Shown: piece by piece, positions 50,594 through 59,013 of the stretch
How positions within the stretch are numbered: position 1 is the first letter of the stretch
How the letters are laid out: each line of letters begins with the position of its first letter
Origin: Bryobacteraceae bacterium
GTDB lineage: Bacteria > Acidobacteriota > Terriglobia > Bryobacterales > Bryobacteraceae
Reading direction: 5' to 3'
Assembly (NCBI GenBank): GCA_035505095.1
Contig: DATJRE010000239.1
Coordinates: 14,448 to 78,447 of the forward strand
Length of the DNA stretch: 64,000 bases
Position numbers and translations under genes: made by a program
The notes under the pieces: generated by a model
Told to the model about the DNA's origin: nothing
Databases searched by the model: none
What the model saw: the letters and a program-made list of their open reading frames with translations, nothing else

Positions 50594-51458
50594 TCGTCAC
50601 ACTCCCATTGGAAAGTCTCCGGTACAAGACGGGGGCAAACCGGATCAGCAGAAACGCCAACACTGCTCCCGCCAGCAAGTCGACCGTATAGTGGTATCGA
50701 AGATAAACTGTAGCAAAAATGATGCAAAGAGTGTAGGCAAAATAAGCCCGGAATAGCCGATTTGAGACCATCCGGCTGCCCCACCACGCCAGGATGGTGA
50801 GCTCCGTGTGGCCGCTCGGGAAACAGTCGTAATGCGCGGATTCCAAACGGTCCAGCGTGCCCTGCATCCAGTGGAACAGCCAAAGTCCTTCTAACGGCGC
50901 ATGTTGCAAATGGCGCAGCAGAAAACGCGGGCCCCGCGCCGGCACCACGAGGTACCCGCCATAGGAGGTCAGAAAGCCCAGGGCGATTAGAAATGCAAGA
51001 TATTGGAACTCCCCGTAGCGGCCTCTTTTCCAGATCAGGAACGGAATCAGTAGTACCGCCGGTACAAATAAGGTGTAGACAACCTGCAAAAATTCAGTTA
51101 AGGCTGGAGTCTGCACCCGCTCCAGCCAGACAGTCGGATTGGCGTGCCAGAAACGGTAATCCAGGTTCGCCAGCCATTGGTCGAGATCGGTGCGCCGCAC
51201 CGCCGGTACCAGCAGAGCCATTTCCTTGTAACAGGAGGCTACGTAGGGCAGCGGATACCAGTTCCGGAAAACCCAACTGCTACGATTGGGGAATTTCACC
51301 TCACCCACGATCACCGCCAGGGCGGCGGCATGGGCGGCCAGCAGCCAGGGGCCCTCGGCCAGCCGGGACCACCCCAGCAGGATGAGCACCGTGGCGAAGG
51401 CGGTGTAGCCGAAGATCACCTTGTCCACCGCCCAGAAACTGGTCGGCGAGGGTTTCAA
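50580..51458 (-). CDS. PAP2-superfamily membrane protein (PAP2_3 / Aur1-like)
   Basis: Polytopic. C2 motif CFPSGHT and C3 motif RYHYTVDLLAG. I prefer TTG 51458 (TTGA overlap with the upstream stop) over ORF maximum 51587, which would overlap the SDR gene by 133 nt. Confidence 0.7.
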   Translation of the reverse strand: MKPSPTSFWAVDKVIFGYTAFATVLILLGWSRLAEGPWLLAAHAAALAVIVGEVKFPNRSSWVFRNWYPLPYVASCYKEMALLVPAVRRTDLDQWLANLDYRFWHANPTVWLERVQTPALTEFLQVVYTLFVPAVLLIPFLIWKRGRYGEFQYLAFLIALGFLTSYGGYLVVPARGPRFLLRHLQHAPLEGLWLFHWMQGTLDRLESAHYDCFPSGHTELTILAWWGSRMVSNRLFRAYFAYTLCIIFATVYLRYHYTVDLLAGAVLAFLLIRFAPVLYRRLSNGSVTIGGN

Positions 51459-52438
51459 TAGTGGATCCAACCGGCCTCCTTGTACCAGGCCAGGGTGCGG
51501 GCCAAGCCGTCTTCCAGCGGGGTGGCGGCTGCGAAGCCCAGTTCGCGGGCGGCGCGCCGGGGGTCGCAGGTCCAGGCGCGGCAGCACGCCTCGGTGACTT
51601 TATCGCGCGACAAAATGCCCGGCCGGCGTGTCACGCGGGACCACAGTTCGGCGCAGTATGCGGCCACCCGCGCCACGGCCGGCGGGATGCGCAGCACGCG
51701 CACGCGGCGGTTCATAAGCCGCGCGGCCACGGCGGCCAATTCGCTCCAGGACACCACTTTCGGATGGGCCAGAAAATAGGCCCGCCCGGCGGCTTGCGGG
51801 GCCTCTGCTGCGGCGATCAGGCCCTCTGCCAGGTCTTCCACGTAGATAGCGCTGAACCAGCGCTCGCCGCCCGCAATTTCCACCACCAGCCCACCCGAAA
51901 TCGACTTCAGGATCTGGAAAACGTCCGTATCGCGCGGCCCATACACCACCGGCGGCCGTACGATCACCGCATCTGGGCGCCAGCGCGCCGCCATCCGCTC
52001 GGCCTCCAGCTTGGATTTGCCGTATTCCGAAACCGGGTGCGGCGAGGCGTCTTCGGCAATCGGCGCACCGTCCGGGCTGGGACCCATGGCGGCCAGTGAG
52101 CTCACGTGCACAAACCGTATGGGCCGCCCCGCCAGCAAGCGGGCCAGCGTTTCGGTGGCGCGTGTATTGCCGTTGTAATAATCAGCGGCGGCAAGGGCTT
52201 TCGTCACGCCCGCCAGGTGGATCACGGTATCTACCCCATCGAGCGCCGCCTCGATTCCCTGGCCCGTGGTCCAATCCGCCTGCGCCGTCTCCACGCCCGC
52301 CGGAATCGCGTCCTTGCCGTGGGAGCGCGGCTTACCCCGCGCGCGGCGCACCAGGCAGCGTACCCGGATACCCCGCTCGCTCAGTTTCCGCAGCAGATGA
52401 CCGCCGATGAAACCGGTCCCGCCGGTAACCAGGAACAT
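51455..52438 (-). CDS. NAD-dependent epimerase/dehydratase-family (extended SDR) protein
   Basis: MFLVTGGTGFIGGHLLRKL (GxxGxxG) ... VHVSSLAAMG ... YGKSKLEAE (YxxxK). Confidence 0.85.
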   Translation of the reverse strand: MFLVTGGTGFIGGHLLRKLSERGIRVRCLVRRARGKPRSHGKDAIPAGVETAQADWTTGQGIEAALDGVDTVIHLAGVTKALAAADYYNGNTRATETLARLLAGRPIRFVHVSSLAAMGPSPDGAPIAEDASPHPVSEYGKSKLEAERMAARWRPDAVIVRPPVVYGPRDTDVFQILKSISGGLVVEIAGGERWFSAIYVEDLAEGLIAAAEAPQAAGRAYFLAHPKVVSWSELAAVAARLMNRRVRVLRIPPAVARVAAYCAELWSRVTRRPGILSRDKVTEACCRAWTCDPRRAARELGFAAATPLEDGLARTLAWYKEAGWIHY

Positions 52439-53089
52439 TTACTCGGCGGCGCTACGAAAAGCGACTTCGCCGAAGTAGCTTTCCGCGGTGGCCCCGGTGT
52501 GCTGGGAGTTGATCTGGAGGCGCAGCCCCTTCACGTGCGGAGCCGGCTTGCCATAAGCGCGCTGGTAATCGGCCGCCACATTCTGGCTTTCCGAAACCCA
52601 TTGATTCAGCAGCGACGACCCGGATTCGCACACCACCGCGAAGACGTGCACCAGCGGGATGAAGCTGGTGGATTGCGCGGCGCCCTTGGGAGCCGTGGAA
52701 TCCCAGATGTAGCTGACCACCTTGCGGTCGGCGAAAGCCACCAGCACCTGCGCGGCCTGGTCGTCTGTGGAAGCCCGCCGGAAATCGCCTCCCGGTGGAA
52801 TCTGTGCCACCTTCCAACGCCAGGTCAGCACCGGCAACTTGTTGGGGTCCACGTCCACGCTCCGTTCCAGCGAGAAGGACGATTTCACGCTCTTCAGATG
52901 CAAACAACAACCTTCCACGGGCTGGCACACGGAAACGTCGGGTTTTCCGCGGTTCACCTCGATCTTCCAGTCGGTGTTGAACCTTCCAGCGCCCCAGCTG
53001 GCAGTATCCAGAACGATGAGCGCTAAAGGTGAGGTGCGAGCCTGAAAAACGAACACAAGTAGGGTGCCAATGAGCAGTAGCTTCTTCAA
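52439..53089 (-). CDS. DUF3047 domain-containing secreted protein
   Basis: TTG start after GAGG and a signal peptide. LPVLTWRWKVAQIPPGGDFRRASTDDQAAQVLVAF fits DUF3047 as I recall it. The stop abuts the SDR start with a 0-nt gap. Confidence 0.7.
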   Translation of the reverse strand: MKKLLLIGTLLVFVFQARTSPLALIVLDTASWGAGRFNTDWKIEVNRGKPDVSVCQPVEGCCLHLKSVKSSFSLERSVDVDPNKLPVLTWRWKVAQIPPGGDFRRASTDDQAAQVLVAFADRKVVSYIWDSTAPKGAAQSTSFIPLVHVFAVVCESGSSLLNQWVSESQNVAADYQRAYGKPAPHVKGLRLQINSQHTGATAESYFGEVAFRSAAE

Positions 53090-53159
53090 ATGACCTCGCT
53101 GGGGGCGTTATGCCGGGCACCCACTAATATCGCATGATTGCGTGGGCTTCTGCCACAGG

Positions 53160-53182
53160 CGGACCCCTGCCGGACCCCTGCC
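53160..53182. repeat. perfect 11-bp tandem duplication (GGACCCCTGCC x2)
   Basis: 53161-53171 is identical to 53172-53182. It lies in the 96-bp gap between the sulfatase-like gene stop and the DUF3047 start. Confidence 0.8.
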
Positions 53183-53185
53183 GTT

Positions 53186-54952
53186 CTACCGCACTTTCCC
53201 CTTGACCGTCTCCAGCTCATGCCCGCACTGCGGCAGATCGGGGGCCAGGCGGCAGCCATCTTCCAGGTGTTCGAGCGCCTCCGGTAGCAGTCCCAGGTGC
53301 TCCTCGGCAATTCCTTCTTCGACCAATGCAGTGGAATCGCGCGGCGCCGCCGCCAGCGCCTTCTGAAAATAGGTGCGAGCCTTGGCGTAATTCTCGCGGC
53401 CCATCCACCACGCACCCAGGGCCTCCGCGGCCGGCACGTACTCGGGGTCGAACTGGAGGGCGTTCTGCCATTCGCGCAGCGCGCTCGTGAATTGCCCCGC
53501 GCGCAAACAGGCGTCGGCGAAGTAATATCGCGCCAGCGAGTTGCGCGGGTCGCCCCCGAGCAGCCTCCGGAAGCCGGCCATGGCTTCCGGGTAGCGGCCC
53601 GCATACATGGCCGCCAGGGATTGCTCGAACAGGTTGTACTCCGGCAGTTTGTCCTTGGGGTCCGCCCCCGGCTGGGCCGAAGCCTTGGAAGCCGCCGAGC
53701 CGCCCAGGTAGCCCAGCGATTCCAACATGCGCCGCCGCTCCGCCGAAACCCCGGCCGTGGTGTGCCCGGGGGTGGCTTGGGCCATGATCTCGGCCAGCCG
53801 GCCGCGCAGCTTCGCGGCCATGGCGGCGTCCGCGCCCGCCAGGTTGTGGCGCTCTTCGGGATCGCGCGAAAGATCGTAAAGTTCCGGCTTAGGGGCGTCG
53901 ATATATTGGTAGGCGCCGGCGCGGATGCTCCGCAGGGGCGCCCAATGAAAGGCATCCCGTGGATAGACGCTTTCGCTCACCACCGCCCGCCCGTCGTCCT
54001 TCCTGGATCGCGCCGCGGCCAGCAGGCTGGCGCCCGAGAACTGGGGTGGCGCCGGCAACTTGAGAAAATCCAGGATCGTGGGAGCCACGTCGATGAGGCC
54101 CCCTGGTTGCGCCGCGCGTGGGGGATATCCGGCAGTTCCAGCCGGCCAGTGAACCATCAGCGGGGTCCGCAGCGTGCTTTGATATACGAAGTATCCATGG
54201 CTGGTTTCGCCGTGGTCGCCCAGACTTTCGCCGTGGTCCGAGAGCAGCACCACCAGCGAACGGTCCCACCATCCGCCCGCCACCAGCGCCTGTTGCAATT
54301 GCCCCAGAAGACGGTCCACGTATTCGATTTCGGCATCGTAGCCGGCCGTATTCGGCAGGCCGGAGGTCGAGGCGGCGTGGCTGTAAGGCGCGTGCAGGTC
54401 GAAGAAATGCAGGAACGCGAAGACCGCCTGGCCGTGGTTCTCGCCCAGCCATTGGCGCGCCGCGCGAACCACCAGGGCGCCATCGCGCCGCACTCCCACA
54501 GTCAGCGGATTGTGCGGGCCTTCGGAGGCGATACTGAACGGACTGTCATAAAAATCGAAGCCCTGGTCAAGGCCTAAATGGCGGTCGAGCGGGGCGCTGC
54601 CCACAAAAGCAGCGGTGCGGTAACCGCGGCCGTGCAGCACCCCGGCCAGCGTGACCACCCCCGCGGGCACCCGGCCATCGTTCTCTTCCACGTGGTTGGC
54701 AAACGGCCAGGTGGAGGTGAACAGCGCCGTGTGGGAAGGCAAGGTTAGCGGAATCTGGCTGTCGATGGCGTCGAAAACCGTGCCTCCGCGCGCGAAGGAA
54801 TCGATATTCGGAGTGGCAATCCGCCGGTAACCGTAGATGCCCAGATGGTCGGCGCGCAGGGTGTCAACGGAAATCAGGATGACGGGAGTCTGAGCACTTG
54901 CCGCTGCTGCGGCGAGCCACAGGACTACGCTCCACCGCGCCAGGGTCCACAC
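53186..54952 (-). CDS. sulfatase-like (alkaline-phosphatase superfamily) protein fused to C-terminal TPR repeats
   Basis: GTG start and signal peptide. VILISVDTLRADHLG and LTLPSHTALFTS (no CxPxR, so probably not a formylglycine sulfatase). C-terminal TPRs (ARYYFADACLRAGQFTSALREWQNALQFDP...). Confidence 0.8.
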   Translation of the reverse strand: MWTLARWSVVLWLAAAAASAQTPVILISVDTLRADHLGIYGYRRIATPNIDSFARGGTVFDAIDSQIPLTLPSHTALFTSTWPFANHVEENDGRVPAGVVTLAGVLHGRGYRTAAFVGSAPLDRHLGLDQGFDFYDSPFSIASEGPHNPLTVGVRRDGALVVRAARQWLGENHGQAVFAFLHFFDLHAPYSHAASTSGLPNTAGYDAEIEYVDRLLGQLQQALVAGGWWDRSLVVLLSDHGESLGDHGETSHGYFVYQSTLRTPLMVHWPAGTAGYPPRAAQPGGLIDVAPTILDFLKLPAPPQFSGASLLAAARSRKDDGRAVVSESVYPRDAFHWAPLRSIRAGAYQYIDAPKPELYDLSRDPEERHNLAGADAAMAAKLRGRLAEIMAQATPGHTTAGVSAERRRMLESLGYLGGSAASKASAQPGADPKDKLPEYNLFEQSLAAMYAGRYPEAMAGFRRLLGGDPRNSLARYYFADACLRAGQFTSALREWQNALQFDPEYVPAAEALGAWWMGRENYAKARTYFQKALAAAPRDSTALVEEGIAEEHLGLLPEALEHLEDGCRLAPDLPQCGHELETVKGKVR

Positions 54953-55032
54953 TTCTTAATGGTAATGCGCTCCGCCGTCCCCGATCAAGGCGCGGGGCGC
55001 CGCGTTCACCCGCGTCCAGCCGCAACGCGCCG

Positions 55033-55251
55033 TTATCGCGGCTGCGAGCAGCGATACATGTAAGTTCCCAGTGCGACCAGCATCAGCGCGCCGAGCCCCA
55101 CATAGGAATACGGCTGATGGGCTTGCAGTATTTGTTGGCCGTGGTCGCACACGTCCATCAAGCTCTCCCGCAGAGGAGGCGAAATCATCAGGAAGCCTCC
55201 ACTCAATCCGACCAGCCCGCACGTGGTCACGAACCGCATTTCGCCTCCCAA
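55033..55251 (-). CDS. possible small two-TM membrane protein
   Basis: 72-aa ORF with two hydrophobic stretches (CGLVGLSGGFLMI, YVGLGALMLVALGTYM), upstream of and co-directional with the sulfatase-like gene. No homology recognised. Confidence 0.3.
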   Translation of the reverse strand: MGGEMRFVTTCGLVGLSGGFLMISPPLRESLMDVCDHGQQILQAHQPYSYVGLGALMLVALGTYMYRCSQPR

Positions 55252-55300
55252 TTACGAATTGTAGCCCTGTATAGATCGCCGCGATAGCCGCGAAAGATAA

Positions 55301-55330
55301 CATTAACTGCCACTAACTCCTACTAATCGT
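55301..55330. repeat. three phased 10-bp direct repeats in an AT-rich island
   Basis: ATTAACTGCC / ACTAACTCCT / ACTAATCGTT occupy consecutive 10-bp windows. The surrounding 55250-55350 is markedly AT-rich for this genome. Confidence 0.4.
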
Positions 55331-55467
55331 TGACCATTACTATCTGGTCGATGGCTAAGGCGACCGCTGGAGATGGAGGTGGTAAAGGGCCCCCACTTGG
55401 GGGGATGTGGCGTACGCCGGTTTGGCTCTTCCGCTCCCGCCCCCCGGTTCCGTGCCTCTCCCTTGGG

Positions 55468-57903
55468 TCACTCGTAGCGGAGGGCCACCAGCGGATCGAG
55501 GCGCGCGGCGCGGCGGGCGGGGAGCCATCCGGCCAGCAGGGCCACGGTGGCCAGCAGCAAAGCGACCGCGGCGGCGGTGGCTCCGTCGGTGGGGTGGACT
55601 TCGAACAGGAAAGCGGCCAACACGCGGGTTACCGCCAGCGCGCCCGCCGCACCGGCCGCGAGGCCCAAGGCGATCAGCGCGGCGGCGCGCCGCAGCACCA
55701 TGCGGGTCACGTCTCCGGCGGCGGCGCCCAGCGCCATGCGGATGCCGATTTCGCGCCGCCGCTGCTCCACCGAATACGCCAGCACGGCGTAAATCCCGAA
55801 AGCCGCAAGCGCCAGCGCCAGCAGCGCGAAGGCCGCCAGCAGGCGGGTCTGAAAGAGCGGCTCGGCGGTGGTCTCGGCAACCAGGGACTGCATGGTGGCC
55901 AGCGACTGTGCCGGAATACCGGAGTCGACGTCGCGCAGTGCGCGGCGTAACGCGGGCGCCAGGGCCGCCGGGTTTCCCGGTGTGCGGACCACATACGTCA
56001 TGTGGTCGAGGAAGCCCGCCAGCGTGACCTGCGCGTACGGCTCGTAGATAGCCGGGCTGGCGGCTTGCTTGAGGCCCTGCTGATGGATATCGTCTACCAC
56101 CCCTACAATCGTCAGCCAGTCGCCCGGCCCTGGGCGGTCCTTCATAGACAGCCGCTGGCCGATGGGATCTTCGTTCGGCCACAGCCGCTGGGCCACCTTC
56201 CGGCTGACGATGATCACGCCCGGCGCCGAGGCGTTGTCCGCATCGGTAAATTCCCGCCCCGCGATCAGGCGGATGCCCATGGCGCGGAAGTAGCCGGGGC
56301 TGACGGTCGGTTTGTCTGCCAGGAAACCGCGCGGGCGCCGGCGGCCGTGTTCCATCTGGAAATCGCCTCTGGCCAGGGAATCGCCCAGCGGCCGGAAATT
56401 CACCGCAGCGGCCACGGACACCCCCGGCGCCTGAGCTAGTTCCGCCAGCATCCGTTCATGGAAACCGCGCAGGCTTTGCGCCGTGGGATAAGTGGAGGGC
56501 GGCAGGTCCACCGTCATGGTGAGCAGGTGACCCGAGTGAAAGCCGGGATCCACGGCGCGAATCCGCAGGAAGCTCTTCAGCAGCAATCCGGCGCCGCTCA
56601 GCAGGATCAGGGCCAGCGCCATTTCGGCCACCACCAGCGCGCCGCGCAGCCCTTCGTGGCGGCCGGTCGAGCCGCGGGCCGCTCCCAGGACGCCGCGCTG
56701 TTCCCGGCGTATGGATTGGAGCGCCGGCGCAAGGCCGAAGACGATCCCGGTAGCCAGGGCGACCGCCAAAGTGAAGACCAACGCCGCGGCATCCAGGTGG
56801 ATCTCGCCCAGCCGCGGAATCTTCCCCGCGGGCGCCAGCGCCAGCAGCACCGGCACGGCCCACACCGCCAGCAGCGCCCCCAGCGCGCCGCCGGTAAGCC
56901 AGAGCACCACGCTTTCGGTGAGCAACTGGCGGATCAGCCTCCAGCGGCCGGCGCCGAGCGCCACCCGGATGGCCATCTCCTGCCGGCGGGAAGCGGCGCG
57001 CATCAGCAGCAGGTTGGCGACATTGGCGCAGGCGATCAGAAGCACGAAAGCCACCGCGCCCAGAAACACCAGCAGGGAACTGCGCGATGGCCCGACCACC
57101 ACGTCCTTCAGCGGGATGATGGCCGTTGCGAAGTTTTTGGAATTCTGGGAATCGGCGGCGTACTGATGGTCCATGAGAGTCCGCAACTCGGCCTCCGCTC
57201 GACCCTGCGGAACACCCCCTCTCAGTCGTCCAATCACGCTGAGAGTAAAGGAGTTATGCGAATCGAGCCGGACCGCGCGGGGAGTCCACAGATCGGCGCC
57301 GGGCGGAAAGGCGAAGCCGGGCGGCATAACGCCGGTCACGGTATGGGCCACGCCATCCAGGGTGACCACTTTCCCAAGCACGCTGCGGCTGCCGCCGAAC
57401 TGGCTGCGCCAGAGGTGGTCGCTGAGCAAAACCACGCCGTCGTGGCCAGGAAGGTCGTCGCCTTGCTGGAAGCCGCGGCCGAGGGCTGGAGGCACCCGCA
57501 GCACCGGCAGGAAATCGGTGGTGACCCCGGAGCGCCCCACCCGGACGGGTTCGCTCGCGCCGGCCAGCGCCGCCGGTTGCGCCAGGTCGAAAACGGCCAA
57601 GGGATCGAAAGCTCGCATTTGCCCGCGAATTGCCAGGTAGGCGCTATCGGCGATGCCGATTCCCCCGCCAAGGGCGCGGCGGGGCGGGCCGAACGGGCCG
57701 TCCTTGGGAGTCGAGGTGAGGAAGTAGAGGCGCTCCGGCTGCGGAAAGGGCAGGGGCCGCAGCAGCACGCCGTTGACCACCGTGAAAACGGCAGTATTGG
57801 CGCCGATTCCCAGACCCAGCGCCAAAACGGCGGCAGCGGTGAAGCCGGGGTTGCGAGCCATCATGCGGGCCGCCAGTCGAAGGTCCGGGAGAAAATTGGG
57901 CAT
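55468..57903 (-). CDS. MacB-like duplicated ABC-transporter permease (ADOP-type), second paralog
   Basis: Start MPNFLPDLRLAARMMARNPGFTAAAVLALGLGIGANTAVF. Same two-module architecture as 38973..41618. FtsX loops QEMAIRVALGAGRWRL and RRREIGIRMALGAAAGDV. Confidence 0.85.
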   Translation of the reverse strand: MPNFLPDLRLAARMMARNPGFTAAAVLALGLGIGANTAVFTVVNGVLLRPLPFPQPERLYFLTSTPKDGPFGPPRRALGGGIGIADSAYLAIRGQMRAFDPLAVFDLAQPAALAGASEPVRVGRSGVTTDFLPVLRVPPALGRGFQQGDDLPGHDGVVLLSDHLWRSQFGGSRSVLGKVVTLDGVAHTVTGVMPPGFAFPPGADLWTPRAVRLDSHNSFTLSVIGRLRGGVPQGRAEAELRTLMDHQYAADSQNSKNFATAIIPLKDVVVGPSRSSLLVFLGAVAFVLLIACANVANLLLMRAASRRQEMAIRVALGAGRWRLIRQLLTESVVLWLTGGALGALLAVWAVPVLLALAPAGKIPRLGEIHLDAAALVFTLAVALATGIVFGLAPALQSIRREQRGVLGAARGSTGRHEGLRGALVVAEMALALILLSGAGLLLKSFLRIRAVDPGFHSGHLLTMTVDLPPSTYPTAQSLRGFHERMLAELAQAPGVSVAAAVNFRPLGDSLARGDFQMEHGRRRPRGFLADKPTVSPGYFRAMGIRLIAGREFTDADNASAPGVIIVSRKVAQRLWPNEDPIGQRLSMKDRPGPGDWLTIVGVVDDIHQQGLKQAASPAIYEPYAQVTLAGFLDHMTYVVRTPGNPAALAPALRRALRDVDSGIPAQSLATMQSLVAETTAEPLFQTRLLAAFALLALALAAFGIYAVLAYSVEQRRREIGIRMALGAAAGDVTRMVLRRAAALIALGLAAGAAGALAVTRVLAAFLFEVHPTDGATAAAVALLLATVALLAGWLPARRAARLDPLVALRYE

Positions 57904-58083
57904 GTGCACCTGGGGGTCGTGCGGCACGCCAGCCGCCACTCGGAACGCCTTTGGCATCAGGCGCAAGGGGCCGGCGAGCGAGCCGCGCTGGCCGCCGGTG
58001 GGACCGGCCCTGTCCGAAAGCGGACGCCCGCCGGCCGGAACCCAGCGCGCAAGCTCCTGCTCCGACGGATTACAATCGTGGGT

Positions 58084-59013
58084 ATGACCAGGCGTGAATT
58101 ACTTGCCGCGGGCGCGGCCTGCGCGACCACTCTTTGGGCCAAAACCCATATCGACAAATCCCACATCAGCGCGATCACCGACGAGATCGGCGAATCCACC
58201 GACGAAGCCATGGCCTTCGCCCACGAATACGGGCTGCAATGGGTGGAAATCCGTGACCGCAAGAACCCCGGAAACCGTAAAGAGTACTTCACCCTCACGG
58301 AGCCCGAAATCAAGGAAGATGCCCTGCGTTTCCAACACGAGGGGCTGAAGGTTTCTTTCATCAATACCAGCCTGATGAAGTTCGCCTGGCCGGGGATGGA
58401 GGCGGTACGGCGCCGGCCGGAGCAGGCGGCCGCGCGCGAAAAACGCCTGGCCACCGAAAAGGCCCGCTTCGACCGGCGCGCCGACGATCTGCAGAAGGCC
58501 ATCCGCTGCGCGCAGATCATGGGGTGCGACAGGGTGCGGGTGTTTACCGGCTCGCGCGTGGCCGAGCCCGCGACGGTCTACCAGCGGGTCGCCGACACCA
58601 TCGGCGAGATGTCCAAAACCGCCGAGCGGGAGAAGATTTATCTGCTGATCGAGAACGAAGGCTCCCAGAACGTGGCCCTCTCGCAGGAGCTGGCCGACAT
58701 TATGAAGCTGATTCCTTCGAAGTGGGTGGGAATGAATTGGGACCCGCACAACGCCTACGGCAAGGAGACCAGCTACCCGAACGGCTACGCGACGCTGCCC
58801 AAAAAGCGCATCCTGAACATTCAGGTCAAGGCTAAGGGTGTCATGCCGTCCAGTCCCGAAAAGGAGGACTGGAAGGCCATTATGACGGCGCTCGAAAAAG
58901 ACGATTACAAGTACCGGATCGGCCTGGAGACGCACATCTTCGACAAGACCCTGGTGCAGTGCGCGCACACCTCGATGGACGAGATTTACCGGATCGTGGG
59001 TGAGCTTTCATGA
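58084..59013 (+). CDS. xylose-isomerase-like TIM-barrel protein (sugar phosphate isomerase/epimerase family) with Tat-type signal
   Basis: MTRRELLAAGAACATTLWA, then ...LQWVEIR...CDRVRVFTG...IYLLIENEG...NWDPHN. The upstream part of ORF 56458.. is antisense to the permease. Confidence 0.8.
   Translation: MTRRELLAAGAACATTLWAKTHIDKSHISAITDEIGESTDEAMAFAHEYGLQWVEIRDRKNPGNRKEYFTLTEPEIKEDALRFQHEGLKVSFINTSLMKFAWPGMEAVRRRPEQAAAREKRLATEKARFDRRADDLQKAIRCAQIMGCDRVRVFTGSRVAEPATVYQRVADTIGEMSKTAEREKIYLLIENEGSQNVALSQELADIMKLIPSKWVGMNWDPHNAYGKETSYPNGYATLPKKRILNIQVKAKGVMPSSPEKEDWKAIMTALEKDDYKYRIGLETHIFDKTLVQCAHTSMDEIYRIVGELS

Noticed and set aside
51459-51587. Long version of the PAP2 ORF (start 51587)
   Set aside because: It would overlap the 3' end of the SDR gene by 133 nt. 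It adds an Arg/Pro-rich non-membrane leader. TTG 51458, overlapping the SDR stop (TTGA), fits the coupling pattern of the operon.
56458-58083. N-terminal 540 aa of the 851-aa plus-strand ORF 56458..59013
   Set aside because: It is in-register antisense of the ADOP permease (55468..57903) with a junk composition. Only the part from ATG 58084 (Tat signal plus TIM-barrel) is a real gene.
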